DNA of 64,000 nucleotides. It comes from a virus. The number at the start of each line of letters is the position of its first letter. Positions within the stretch are counted from its first letter, which is position 1. Positions 10,544 to 19,972 of this stretch are shown piece after piece. Both the position numbers and the translations under genes were made by a program. The stretch is taken from the IMG/VR virus record IMGVR_UViG_3300045789_000711, positions 1 through 64,000 of that record; one strand, 5' to 3'. The notes beneath the pieces are model-generated. The model had not been told where the DNA came from. It was given only the letters and a program-made list of their open reading frames with translations, and searched no databases.

Positions 10544-11371
10544 TTATAAGGTCGCTGAGTATCGTTTGAATACTGCGTTACCCATGGTGCTTAACATCGA
10601 TTTAAACTTGCTTAGTTCGTTAAACATATCAGCGGTAAAGCCTGTCTTAGTGGCATTCCACGTCAGCAATGCGGTTTCTAGGCTGCGAACTTTGTCGTTT
10701 ACCTTGGCTGATTTCTCACGAATATGCGCTGTACGGGCTGCTAGGGCTTTTTTCATAGCGAGTGCGTCGTCAGAAAGGATTTCACCACGGTCAATGCGGT
10801 TTTTCTTAACAGCGGCTTTGTAGGCTGAATCTAATGCTAGCTTGCCAAGGTGAGTAATCTCTTCTTGAAGCGCTTTAAGACGTGTTTCTAAAAAAGCCCG
10901 TGAAGCGTTTTTCTTCACAGTGTTCTCTTTCTCTTTCTGTATTACTTTAGGAATACTGATAGTGAGATCTTTTCTCTTCGAGGCTAAGTGATCTTTTCGT
11001 GCTTTCTTTGCTGCAGCGGCGCGTAGTGTTTTCTTAGCTAAATTGAGCAGTTCGCCTAGCTTTGATTCAACGAAAGTGTAAACGCTAGATTGTCTAATCT
11101 GTTCACCATTTACGACGATGTTAGGGCGTCTTTTTGAAGTGATTACACCAAGCTCTTTAAGTTTCTTGATGTGAGTTACGATAGTGCGGCGGTCATTTGA
11201 TGTTAAGTCGGCTAGCCTATCTTGAGACGGGAATATCTCACCCTTTGGGTTCCAATGCATTGCGATAGCTTGGAGTGTCCGGCCTAATCCTTTTTTGAGG
11301 ATATTAGTTGCCATAATCTTTTCTATAGCGGCTATAAGGGGTGATGAGTGCCTGATCTTAAATTGTTTCAT
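10544..11371 (-). CDS. Replication initiator, winged-HTH (HTH_36 / P1 RepL-like)
   Basis: IFPSQDRLADLT...RRTIVTHIKKLKELGVI ... SSVYTF; 275 aa, basic; upstream tandem repeats. Confidence 0.7.
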   Translation of the reverse strand: MKQFKIRHSSPLIAAIEKIMATNILKKGLGRTLQAIAMHWNPKGEIFPSQDRLADLTSNDRRTIVTHIKKLKELGVITSKRRPNIVVNGEQIRQSSVYTFVESKLGELLNLAKKTLRAAAAKKARKDHLASKRKDLTISIPKVIQKEKENTVKKNASRAFLETRLKALQEEITHLGKLALDSAYKAAVKKNRIDRGEILSDDALAMKKALAARTAHIREKSAKVNDKVRSLETALLTWNATKTGFTADMFNELSKFKSMLSTMGNAVFKRYSATL

Positions 11372-11418
11372 TTGTTATCCAATAAGTTAAAAGTTTATGG
11401 TTAAAAACTAAACTCAAC

Positions 11419-11447
11419 TTGACGGAAACAGGCAGGGGTAATACAAT
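11419..11447 (+). promoter_or_regulatory. Sigma70 promoter firing antisense to the rep leader
   Basis: TTGACG-17bp-TACAAT. Confidence 0.65.
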
Positions 11448-11556
11448 TAGCGCGTAAATAGTTAGGGGGTGGTTCCCTTAGCCGCTCTGTCATTCTGCAA
11501 AGATTGGTCAGAAATTTGCGTTTTAATGAGGCCGTTTTATTTAGTTGCTACCCTTG

Positions 11557-11672
11557 GGTCTGTTTCTACCTAAGTTAAGTTTTTTGGTCTGTTTCTATCT
11601 AAGTTAAGTTTTATGGTCTGTTTCTATCTAAGTTAAGTTTTATGGTCTGTTTCTATCTAAGTTAAGTTTTAT
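11557..11672 (+). repeat. 4 x 29-bp tandem direct repeat (iteron-like) GGTCTGTTTCTATCTAAGTTAAGTTTTAT
   Basis: Copies start at 11557, 11586, 11615 and 11644; no spacers. Confidence 0.9.
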
Positions 11673-11690
11673 GATGAATTACGCTGTACT

Positions 11691-11768
11691 TTAGGGGGGA
11701 GGTTGTCGCCAATCCCCTAAGCATTCCCCTTATCGGGGTCAAATTGGGACTCTTTTGAGTCCTTTTTT
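11691..11768 (+). ncRNA. Putative counter-transcribed (Cop/Inc-like) antisense RNA: 3' hairpins and terminator
   Basis: Hairpin TTAGGGG..CGCCAA..CCCCTAA, second hairpin CCCC-TTATC-GGGG, terminator GGACTC-TTTT-GAGTCC-T6; antisense to the rep upstream region. Confidence 0.5.
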
Positions 11769-12013
11769 GTTGTCTTTTTTTCCAGTCTCAACCGCTTGGT
11801 ATGCGATCATAAATTGGTCAATAGAACTTAGCGCGCGCTTATGATAGATCCGCAAAGCCCCGCCTGTCATCAACTAAATCAAGTTGCGATCAAAACTGTG
11901 AGAATAACGATCCCCGCAAGCCTTATCACTTCTAGCTATGCCGGAAGTCAATACCTTTTAAAATAATTACCCTAACGTATAGAATAAACAATTTTTTAAT
12001 CAAATAGGTTCGG

Positions 12014-12024
12014 TGTTAGGATGT
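12014..12024 (-). promoter_or_regulatory. Putative C1 operator
   Basis: TGTTAGGATGT just upstream of the methylase gene. Confidence 0.75.
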
Positions 12025-12044
12025 AAACGCATCAAAACGCATAG

Positions 12045-12929
12045 GTGATTATGTCCATGGATCTAACAGATTTAGAGCTTACAGCGGAGGCCATTAAAAA
12101 GGCTTCTATGCTATCCACAAACGAGCATAAACGGTTTAAGGTGATCAGCGCCGATATACCTTGGAGCTACAAAGATAAGAAAATGAACCGAGGCGGGGCC
12201 GCTAGGTACTACGACACAATGACAATAGAGCAGATTAAATCTATTAACGTTGCTGATGTGGCCGATGATGATTGCCTGTTAATGCTTTGGGCCACTGCAC
12301 CGCTTTTGCCGGAAGCGTTGGACGTGATTAACGCTTGGGGCTTTAAGTATAAGACTGTTGGCTTTGTCTGGGTGAAACGTTCGGCTAACTACTGGACTAA
12401 CCTAGCCAAGCGCTTAAGGCGCGATTTCTCAACGTATTACAATCTATTCAAAGAGGTTGATGAGGGCAGTCCCTTTTCACCTGAGTCACTAAAAGCGTGG
12501 TTCGGTACCGACTGGATTAAATCAGTTACGACTGAAAAGGCACCCTATAACGTTGGCATGGGTTCGTATACTCGGGCCAATGCTGAATTTGTCTTGTTTG
12601 CGGTCAAAGGCAAGGGCGCTACATTGATTGAAGATCACAGCATTAGCCAGATTATCGATAGCTGCAAGATGGAACACTCAAGAAAGCCGGATGAATATCT
12701 CGAAACGGTTGAAAGCCTCACTTTTTCTTGCAGTAAGTTTGAGATGTTCGCGCGCCGTCGTCGTGAGGGTTGGGAGGTATTAGGCAATCAAGTCGATACT
12801 GACTACTTACTCGATGAACACTACAAACTAGTCAGGTTGTCAGAGCGTGTAAACGTCAATCATAAACCCACTGGCAGACCTTACGTTAGGAAGAACCCGA
12901 TCAAAATCGAAGAACTAAAAACGGCCTAA
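12045..12929 (+). CDS. MT-A70 family adenine methyltransferase
   Basis: ADIPW (DPPW-like), LMLWAT, WGFKYKT...WVK, GSYTRANAE, HSRKPD, EMFARR..GW...GNQ. Confidence 0.9.
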   Translation: MIMSMDLTDLELTAEAIKKASMLSTNEHKRFKVISADIPWSYKDKKMNRGGAARYYDTMTIEQIKSINVADVADDDCLLMLWATAPLLPEALDVINAWGFKYKTVGFVWVKRSANYWTNLAKRLRRDFSTYYNLFKEVDEGSPFSPESLKAWFGTDWIKSVTTEKAPYNVGMGSYTRANAEFVLFAVKGKGATLIEDHSISQIIDSCKMEHSRKPDEYLETVESLTFSCSKFEMFARRRREGWEVLGNQVDTDYLLDEHYKLVRLSERVNVNHKPTGRPYVRKNPIKIEELKTA

Positions 12930-12955
12930 CGCTTTTTATTTTCCTTGTTTCTTGC

Positions 12956-13000
12956 TTTGTTAGGATGTAAATTCCACGGGATTAATTACATCCTAACAAA
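12956..13000. promoter_or_regulatory. Inverted pair of putative C1 operators
   Basis: TTTGTTAGGATGTAA-N15-TTACATCCTAACAAA, a perfect 15-bp inverted repeat. Confidence 0.8.
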
Positions 13001-13015
13001 CAAGGTCACATTTTT

Positions 13016-14416
13016 ATGGAAGCCAACGAGTGGGTCGCGCGTTTTTCGCCAAAGCCAGATAGTCACAATTTCCTTGCTGCGCCTGAGATTGAAGAGCCGC
13101 AATCACCTGATGAAGTGCAAACATATCAAGTCGCTGGCCAAGTCGTTGAGGCGTGGTTTAATGGTGCTGATACTGCAGAGATTACCGCGTTTGATTTATA
13201 TGAATCGGTCATCAAAGGATTAAAAGCTAAAATTTTATCAGCTACTTTTTTATCTGATACATATAAAAAGCGTGTTGAAGTTTACAAAGAAAGTTACGAA
13301 AACCTATCAATTGAGCTAGATGCCGCTAGACAAAGCTTGGATGTGTTGTCAGGCGACATAATGCCATCGTTTCAGCCTGTTAGTTACAGCGATAATCAAG
13401 AGCTGCAATCTGTTAAGCGTGATTATGAGTCAGCCAAGCGCATGATTGCTGATCTCGAAAGCCAGTTATCTAATGTCGTCACTGTGCGCCAAAACCTAGA
13501 GTTAAAGCTAATTGCTGAGGGCCGTGCTATCTCAAGCCTTAAGTCAGAGTTAGTTGATGCTAAGGCAAAGGCTGTCACTGAGCTGTTATCTGTTCAGGTA
13601 AGCGCCGCTAAAGAGTTGGATACCTTAAGAGCTATCCATGACAACCAGCTAGCCACGGTTAACGGCCATCACAAAGATGCTATCAAGTCAGCTAACCAAG
13701 AAGCCTTATCGTTGTCAGGCAAGCTTAAGAAAGCAGAGCGTGAGCTAGAAGTGTCTACTGCAGATCTGAAAAAGCTTAAGGCCATTGTTTCAAGCAATAA
13801 AAGCGACAAAGAGAAAACGCTTGAGGTTATGCGTAAGTCTGTTGGCACTCTTAACGCTATGGAAAATGAGCTATGTGTTTTACGTAAAGATAGACGCTAC
13901 CTAACCATGATGGTTGATTGCCTTATTCATGAAGATATCTTCACTGCATACGAGGGTAGTGTAAGTATTTTCTCTTACCTAACCTTAAACGTATCGTCTG
14001 TTGAAGATGATTTTGTTGTTGATGAGGCTTTCCCTATTGCCTTGTGGATGGGTCGCAATGGTTTTAGTTGTGTACTGGGTGTGTCTGCTATCAATGCCAG
14101 TGGTGATAGAGACTTGGTTATGCCTAGCTCGCCAAAGGTATCAAAGCGCGCACTAGCAGAAGTATGTCCACCAGCTAAATATTATGCAGAGATTGTTAGA
14201 CGTATATCTGCTTTTGATGCAAGAGCCTGTGATGCTGCATTAGTTCGTTCACGCCATATCGTTTCAGAGCTTGCTATTCGTGGTGAGTTTGAAGAAAACG
14301 CCAAGCTAACCAACAAAGACCTTATAGCGACATCACGTAAGTATGTGGAGGGTCGCAATTCTTCTGTGTTGATCAACAAAACAAAAGCCAGTAGCAAGCG
14401 TAAGAAGAGAGGTTAA
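13016..14416 (+). CDS. Hypothetical coiled-coil protein
   Basis: 466-aa ORF, long heptad-rich middle, follows the operator pair. Confidence 0.75.
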   Translation: MEANEWVARFSPKPDSHNFLAAPEIEEPQSPDEVQTYQVAGQVVEAWFNGADTAEITAFDLYESVIKGLKAKILSATFLSDTYKKRVEVYKESYENLSIELDAARQSLDVLSGDIMPSFQPVSYSDNQELQSVKRDYESAKRMIADLESQLSNVVTVRQNLELKLIAEGRAISSLKSELVDAKAKAVTELLSVQVSAAKELDTLRAIHDNQLATVNGHHKDAIKSANQEALSLSGKLKKAERELEVSTADLKKLKAIVSSNKSDKEKTLEVMRKSVGTLNAMENELCVLRKDRRYLTMMVDCLIHEDIFTAYEGSVSIFSYLTLNVSSVEDDFVVDEAFPIALWMGRNGFSCVLGVSAINASGDRDLVMPSSPKVSKRALAEVCPPAKYYAEIVRRISAFDARACDAALVRSRHIVSELAIRGEFEENAKLTNKDLIATSRKYVEGRNSSVLINKTKASSKRKKRG

Positions 14417-14418
14417 TT

Positions 14419-14613
14419 ATGCCTGTCATTCTGCATTCGCTATTCCCATATTTTGCTTGCGCGGCGCTGGCTGTGTCGCTCGCAGGTTTGTTCTCTTCGG
14501 TCTACATGATGGCGGTGTGCTTTAACCCGCCAAAGATGGCCGCAAGTCTTATTTCGTTGTTCGGTGGTGCCTCAGTGCTTTTGTACTCAGTGCCAGTCAG
14601 TTGGTTTTTATAG
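14419..14613 (+). CDS. Small two-TM membrane protein
   Basis: GAGG RBS, hydrophobic 64 aa, tightly packed in the operon. Confidence 0.6.
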   Translation: MPVILHSLFPYFACAALAVSLAGLFSSVYMMAVCFNPPKMAASLISLFGGASVLLYSVPVSWFL

Positions 14614-15657
14614 GTGATTAAAATGAGTTTATTCCCGCGTTCTATCTTGTTTTACACGCTTTCTAGCGATGCTGTTGTTGATATGGCCCAGTGTGAAGAA
14701 GCATTCAATCAGTTTTTATTTGCCCCGTGCTTACCTGAAAACTCGTACAGCATTGGCTTTACTAGTTTGATGAAGACTGCGCAAATCTGTCACCCAGTCG
14801 GTGATGGTGCGTTTGTTTTTCAGGTTCATTACCAAGAAAAAATCATCCCAAGCGATGAAATTAATCGGCTGGTGGCCGGACGAATGGAAAAGATAGAGGC
14901 CGAAGAGGGCCGCTTAGTTCGTTCAAAAGAGAAAACAGAGTTAAAAATTCAGATCAATGAAGAGCTGCGCTTAACGGCCCTTAGTCGCTACAAGAGTGTT
15001 GATGTCTTGTTTATGCCGCAAAGAAAGCGTGTTGCTGTATTGAGTTCAACGCCTAAGTTTGCCGACTCGGTTAACGCCTTTATCCGTAAAGCGCTAGGTT
15101 CGTACCCTATTATCATTTCTGAGCCTAAAAAGGCTATTAACCTGAATGATGTCTTAATGGGTAAGATCCATTCGCCTGCGTTCAGGCTGTTAGATGTCGT
15201 TAAGCTTGAGAATGATGCGAGTGCCAAGGCTAACTTTGATGGTTGTGATTTAGACGGTGCCAGAAAGATGCTCGAAGATGGCTTTAACGTGGTTTCTGTT
15301 CGCATGGGCTTTGGTGAACACTTTAGCTTCAAGCTGGATAAGACGTTAATGCCGTCTGCATTAAGCTGGCCTCAAGCGATGGTTGATAGTTTTGAGATAA
15401 GCGGTGCAGGTAGTTCGTCGGCTAGTAGTGATGAGGGCGACGCCCAAGAAGAGGCTAAACAGCTTTACCGCTTAAAGGCCTCGGCTGATATGCACCTTAT
15501 TCACGATAGTATTGCTCGGTTTGATGATTCGCTGGCTGGCATCACTGGTGGCTTTAAAGAGCATATCCGCAAGGTTGAAGACTTAGACGATGAAACGGCC
15601 AGTCTTGAAGATAAAATGGTGAATGAGATTGCCAGTATCGTTGAGGGGGCATTGTGA
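14614..15657 (+). CDS. rdgC: Recombination-associated protein RdgC (P1 HrdC-like)
   Basis: F.PC....S.GF, EKIIP...I, EAEEGR.V..KEK.ELK, IRKALGS.P. Confidence 0.85.
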   Translation: MIKMSLFPRSILFYTLSSDAVVDMAQCEEAFNQFLFAPCLPENSYSIGFTSLMKTAQICHPVGDGAFVFQVHYQEKIIPSDEINRLVAGRMEKIEAEEGRLVRSKEKTELKIQINEELRLTALSRYKSVDVLFMPQRKRVAVLSSTPKFADSVNAFIRKALGSYPIIISEPKKAINLNDVLMGKIHSPAFRLLDVVKLENDASAKANFDGCDLDGARKMLEDGFNVVSVRMGFGEHFSFKLDKTLMPSALSWPQAMVDSFEISGAGSSSASSDEGDAQEEAKQLYRLKASADMHLIHDSIARFDDSLAGITGGFKEHIRKVEDLDDETASLEDKMVNEIASIVEGAL

Positions 15658-16157
15658 TGTTGCAACCAAGAACAAAAGCGGCCGTGATGAAAGGTGTTGA
15701 GCTTGCAGTTGAGCGCCTTGGTGGTGTTGCGTCAGCGGCTTTTTCGCTGGGTTTGAAGTATGAGCGTTTCAGCGGTGTGGTTGCTGGTAAGAGTGAAATC
15801 CCGCCTCAGTGGGTAGATGGCTTTATTGCTTATGGCGATGGCCGTGTTGGTGTTGATGGCTTTCTCGCTATGCGCAAGAAGTTCTTGCTTAGTCAGTCGG
15901 TTATGAGTGGCTTAAAGGCGGGTAAGGCTCGTGCTAAGGATTCAAAGACTGGCACCATTAAGCGTATGGCCGTAGAGCGCTATAAGCTTATTCAGATTGG
16001 CAGTGAATTAAGGTTGATTGAGCCAAATGCTGAGTTGCCTAAGAATGCTCGTTATCTTTATCGTTATGATAACCAGTCAGTGTATATGGAGGGCAAGCTT
16101 CGTTATCGCTTTCTTGCTACGCCATTATGCGAGCGTGAACGTATCGTTAAGTCTTAG
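15654..16157 (+). CDS. Hypothetical protein with Cro-like HTH N-terminus
   Basis: AVERLGGVASAAFSLGL....S.VV.G...IP. Confidence 0.55.
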   Translation: MMLQPRTKAAVMKGVELAVERLGGVASAAFSLGLKYERFSGVVAGKSEIPPQWVDGFIAYGDGRVGVDGFLAMRKKFLLSQSVMSGLKAGKARAKDSKTGTIKRMAVERYKLIQIGSELRLIEPNAELPKNARYLYRYDNQSVYMEGKLRYRFLATPLCERERIVKS

Positions 16158-16163
16158 GGGTAT

Positions 16164-16433
16164 ATGGTGTCAGAAAATAAAAAGTTTGTAACAGAAGCGC
16201 GGTTAGATGCTATCGCTAGAGATTTAGTATCGGATCACATGGTTGATTGCATGACGCTATCAAGAGAGGATTCACTAGAAGCGCTTAGTGTTCGTACTCG
16301 TGACTTCATGATTAATTGCAACGCCAATACCGAAGAGGAAATAGAGATAGCCAGTGCAAAGGTTCGCGCTGTTACCCTTGAGGTGATGAGCGCAATCCTA
16401 AAAGGTGTAGAAGACGGCAAGGCTAAACAATAG
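16164..16433 (+). CDS. Hypothetical protein
   Basis: 89 aa, GGGG RBS, last gene of the operon. Confidence 0.6.
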   Translation: MVSENKKFVTEARLDAIARDLVSDHMVDCMTLSREDSLEALSVRTRDFMINCNANTEEEIEIASAKVRAVTLEVMSAILKGVEDGKAKQ

Positions 16434-16527
16434 CAGCGCGTTAATTGCTGTTAAAATTGCTTTCAGCGTAGCGTTAATAGTATTTTTGCCACTCGGTCAA
16501 ATCCAGCAACCGAACTTACGAGACTAC

Positions 16528-16561
16528 AAAAGCCCCCCATAGTGATATGCGGGGCTTTTTT
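16528..16561 (+). terminator. Intrinsic terminator
   Basis: AAAAGCCCC..GGGGCTTTTT. Confidence 0.75.
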
Positions 16562-16592
16562 ATATCCAAAATTTGCCTTTGCGTGTTCTGTT

Positions 16593-16603
16593 ACATCCTA
16601 ACA
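16593..16603 (+). promoter_or_regulatory. Putative C1 operator
   Basis: ACATCCTAACA. Confidence 0.75.
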
Positions 16604-16679
16604 CTTTTTAATTGTGTTACTTTAAAAAGGGTGTCAAAATCTGTCAGTGTTATTTTTGGCAGTGTAAAGGATCGGGTAT

Positions 16680-17063
16680 ATGTCATTTAGTAAGAGTATT
16701 TTTGACCAAGAAAAAATGGTTAAGTTTGTCGATTTTAAAAAGTTCGTTGAGTACGGGGTAAAGGGCGCTGCTGGGCTTTACGGTGTTGATCTGGACTTTA
16801 ACGCTAATATCTTAATAGAACCCATAGCAGGCGATTCTGTGTCAGTTAATATCTTGAAAAAGATGCTTTCTATAGGGCTATTGGTAGAGACGACTATCAC
16901 AAGCAAGGCTAACCCTTTGTTTAAGGCGGTTGCTTATATCGTGGTCACTCATAAGGGCATAGAGATTGAGCTTGGTGGCTTTGGTACGGATAGAGCGCCA
17001 CTGAATGATGCTACGTTCTCGCTATTTATGTTTAACGCGTTACTGAGTGAGGTAGCAGCATAA
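16680..17063 (+). CDS. Hypothetical protein
   Basis: 127-aa ORF with AAGGA RBS. Confidence 0.65.
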   Translation: MSFSKSIFDQEKMVKFVDFKKFVEYGVKGAAGLYGVDLDFNANILIEPIAGDSVSVNILKKMLSIGLLVETTITSKANPLFKAVAYIVVTHKGIEIELGGFGTDRAPLNDATFSLFMFNALLSEVAA

Positions 17064-17515
17064 TGAAGTATATGGACGACGTAAGTGTGGACTCGTTTGT
17101 TATCTTGCATTACCAAGGCCGCTATCTACTGTATTCGCTAGATAATGGTAAGCCTGCAGTAAGTAGTTCATTTACCGTTAAGCGCCTTACTGAGTACCTT
17201 ATTGATATTCAAGACGTGGAAGATGATGAAGACCGTATAGCGTTGATCGATGAGTGTATTGATAAGGCTACTCGTGATGGTGTGTTTGGTACGGATAAAG
17301 ACCTTAAAGAATGCATTAGTCTTAATACTGTGGGTATTGATGATGAGCCTATGGCCTATGAGCAGTTCATAACGGTTTACTTTCAAAAGGGCGCTAAAGG
17401 TATCTATCGGTGTGAGCATTGTAACGAAGTGGTAAAGGTGTCTGATGATGTAGAGTCATTCGCTGGTAATGGGGGAACGTTAATGGCCTCTGCATTTTGT
17501 TTTAGTTGTTCTTAA
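17063..17515 (+). CDS. Hypothetical protein with C-terminal Cys4 motif
   Basis: CEHC ... CFSC; translationally coupled. Confidence 0.65.
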   Translation: MKYMDDVSVDSFVILHYQGRYLLYSLDNGKPAVSSSFTVKRLTEYLIDIQDVEDDEDRIALIDECIDKATRDGVFGTDKDLKECISLNTVGIDDEPMAYEQFITVYFQKGAKGIYRCEHCNEVVKVSDDVESFAGNGGTLMASAFCFSCS

Positions 17516-17561
17516 TTTTATTCTTTAATATCCTAACAACGTTTTAATAAGAGACTTAATC

Positions 17562-17810
17562 ATGAACCTATTTAAAAACAAAGTTACAAAGATGCCACGT
17601 TCTAAAGCTGAATTAGATGCACAGATAGAAAAGCTAGGAATAGATGTAAAGCGTAAGTTCCTAAGTGAGCTGTCTAAAGGTTCACTGGGTAGAGCTAATG
17701 TGACTGCTGGTATTAACGATATGTGGGTAGCAGCAAGGCTTAATGTTCTATTGCTTAATCCCGCTTACCTGATAGCAGTTAAAGAGTCTGAGAGCGTAGA
17801 GCATGTTTGA
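17562..17810 (+). CDS. Hypothetical protein
   Basis: 82 aa; preceded by operator variant ATATCCTAACA at 17528. Confidence 0.6.
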   Translation: MNLFKNKVTKMPRSKAELDAQIEKLGIDVKRKFLSELSKGSLGRANVTAGINDMWVAARLNVLLLNPAYLIAVKESESVEHV

Positions 17811-18510
17811 TAGCAAGTTCTTAGCAGATAGAGCGGCTAAACAAAGTGAATGGGCTAAGAAAGGGGTTAAGTCTGGTTCCGGTAGACCGTTTGCTGCTAT
17901 TGAAGTCTTCCCAAGCAAGCCAAGCCGTCCATTGTCTGTTGCTGGTGGCTTTGGTGGTAACGGTAAATTAAAAGGCTCTACTGCTGGCGGCTTTAATGTA
18001 AACACCAAGCCCGTTGGTTCGCCTCACTCTATTGCATTGGCAATATTGGCTAACAATCCTGAGTTAAGGACTGGCGGCATGTATAAGGGCCGTAAGATTA
18101 ACGCTAGTCACGAACACTGGGAACAAGTGATGGTGTTCGACTGGCTGTACCGTGTTATGGCTGAGTATTACGACGACTTTGCAGCGGTGCCTATGGGCGG
18201 CTTGCGCAACAAGAAGACGGCCAGTGACCTATTTGCTGAGGGGGCTAAGTCAGGCTATCCCGATATTACGGGGGATGTGCCAAAGGGTAAGTATCACGGC
18301 TTGTTCATCGAATTGAAGTACGGCAAGAACAAGCCAAGCGATAACCAAATAGAAGCGCTTAACCGTAAGACTGAGCGCTGCTACTTCGCTGCAGTGTGCT
18401 ATGGCCACGAAGAGGCGATTGAGGTTATTACAGAATACTTAGCCCTTACTGCTGGTGGCTCTATGGTGTGGGATAAAAACGTTGGTCTATGGGAGCGTGT
18501 TAATGATTAA
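17803..18510 (+). CDS. VRR-NUC domain nuclease
   Basis: EHWEQ, G...GYPDI, GLFIELK, PSDNQ. Confidence 0.85.
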   Translation: MFDSKFLADRAAKQSEWAKKGVKSGSGRPFAAIEVFPSKPSRPLSVAGGFGGNGKLKGSTAGGFNVNTKPVGSPHSIALAILANNPELRTGGMYKGRKINASHEHWEQVMVFDWLYRVMAEYYDDFAAVPMGGLRNKKTASDLFAEGAKSGYPDITGDVPKGKYHGLFIELKYGKNKPSDNQIEALNRKTERCYFAAVCYGHEEAIEVITEYLALTAGGSMVWDKNVGLWERVND

Positions 18511-19222
18511 GTCTGTGGGTGATTTAATTAAGCGCTTAAGGCTGGAAGCGTCCGAGCTGGAAGAGTGCGGAAGCGTAGACCTTGCGTGTGGTATCTCTGC
18601 TGCAGTGCGCGTTATATCCGACGAACTAGGCCCGTTTGACGCGATAGGCGGCGATGTGGCCAGCGATGAGCCACCAGCAATAGACCACGCGCTAATCGAT
18701 GAGTTAACCGCTCTAAAGGCTGAGAATGCCACTCTAAAGGCCCAAAGTGCCGCCGTTATGGCCCAAAGTGCCACCATTGAGGCTGAATATGCCGCCTTGG
18801 TGGTTCGCCATGGTCATTTAATGTCATGTGCCGGAGCCGTTGAAGAGGGGCGTCAGGCGATGGTTGAGGCTGCTCATACTCACATGATGAGCCTACCTGT
18901 TTATTCAGATGTTCAGAAATTGGCTACCAAGATTGAGGCTGATATACGGCTACTGCCAATGTGCAAGACGTGTCGCGGCTCTGGTGTCGTTAAGCCAATG
19001 TTTCATGAGTTTGAATGTGATAGGTGCGTTGGATCAGGTTGTGACTTGTCGGAGCCGTTGGAATTGATAGTCGGTCAGCAAAAGCTTATCGGTGAGGCAA
19101 AGGCTATACAGGCCGTGATGTTGAAGCATATCTACACGCACGGAATTTCACAGGCTGAGAAAGAGGCCATGAGTGTGACTGAGTTTTACCGTGGGTCTAA
19201 AACCAATATGAGGGGTGATTGA
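18503..19222 (+). CDS. Hypothetical protein with coiled coil and DnaJ-type zinc finger
   Basis: CKTCRGSG ... CDRCVGSG; likely start is the ATG at 18503 overlapping the upstream stop. Confidence 0.7.
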   Translation: MIKSVGDLIKRLRLEASELEECGSVDLACGISAAVRVISDELGPFDAIGGDVASDEPPAIDHALIDELTALKAENATLKAQSAAVMAQSATIEAEYAALVVRHGHLMSCAGAVEEGRQAMVEAAHTHMMSLPVYSDVQKLATKIEADIRLLPMCKTCRGSGVVKPMFHEFECDRCVGSGCDLSEPLELIVGQQKLIGEAKAIQAVMLKHIYTHGISQAEKEAMSVTEFYRGSKTNMRGD

Positions 19223-19396
19223 TGCGTAAGCGATTCATGGCGAAAAGACGGGCGTTGTGTAAGTCGCGCCGCAAAATAGGCTTTTACAGTTGATACAGGC
19301 AATAAATAAACAACTTAACAAAATTAGAGAAGAAAGTTTTGTTAGGTTGTTTTTTCCGATGTAAGATGTAGTCACATATTTAATAAAGGTGTTTCC

Positions 19397-19972
19397 GTGG
19401 CTACATTATCACACATAATCAAAAGCATTGACCTCGGTCATGGCGACCTCGTGCTAACCCGCAACTATCCAACACGCAAGATGGCAGGCGGCAACGCTTT
19501 GTTGAGCCATAAACATGTGCTTGCTAAATACTGCGATGAAGTCGATGCGTTTGTTGTTGTTTATGGGATCCAGCATAAGGCCATGGACTCGCTGCAGAGT
19601 AAGGGGCTGTTGATTAAGCGGGACTTTGATAGTTATGGCTTGCATGAGTGCTATGAGCTGGCCGAACACCCGCGCTACGATGATTTAGTTGCAAGAGGCT
19701 GTAAGTTCGAGTTGGACTATCCCGCGACATACGTTAATGTCAGCATGATTGATGGCATGGCTGGTAAGTACGGCTACAGGCTTAAGTCGCTTAGAGCTAT
19801 CAAGGCTTTCAAGCTTGAGCCGGACGGAACAAATCCAAAGGCGAAAGAGCTAAAAAACCCTTATATCCACGGCATCTATCGCATATCAGATCTTGATTAC
19901 GTTGGTTGGGTAAAGATGATTACTGAAACATTAAAACGAGAGGGTGTTATTCGTGAAAAATCCAGCAAGTGA
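19397..19972 (+). CDS. Hypothetical protein
   Basis: 191 aa, GTG start with AAGG RBS; operator variant TGTTAGGTTGT at 19340. Confidence 0.65.
   Translation: MATLSHIIKSIDLGHGDLVLTRNYPTRKMAGGNALLSHKHVLAKYCDEVDAFVVVYGIQHKAMDSLQSKGLLIKRDFDSYGLHECYELAEHPRYDDLVARGCKFELDYPATYVNVSMIDGMAGKYGYRLKSLRAIKAFKLEPDGTNPKAKELKNPYIHGIYRISDLDYVGWVKMITETLKREGVIREKSSK

Noticed and set aside
11557-11672. CRISPR array or type III antitoxin (ToxI-like) array
   Set aside because: Repeats are contiguous with no spacers, there are no cas genes, and no ToxN-like gene follows the terminator
19222-19293. 23-aa basic peptide MRKRFMAKRRALCKSRRKIGFYS
   Set aside because: Coupled to the upstream stop but too short to support without expression data
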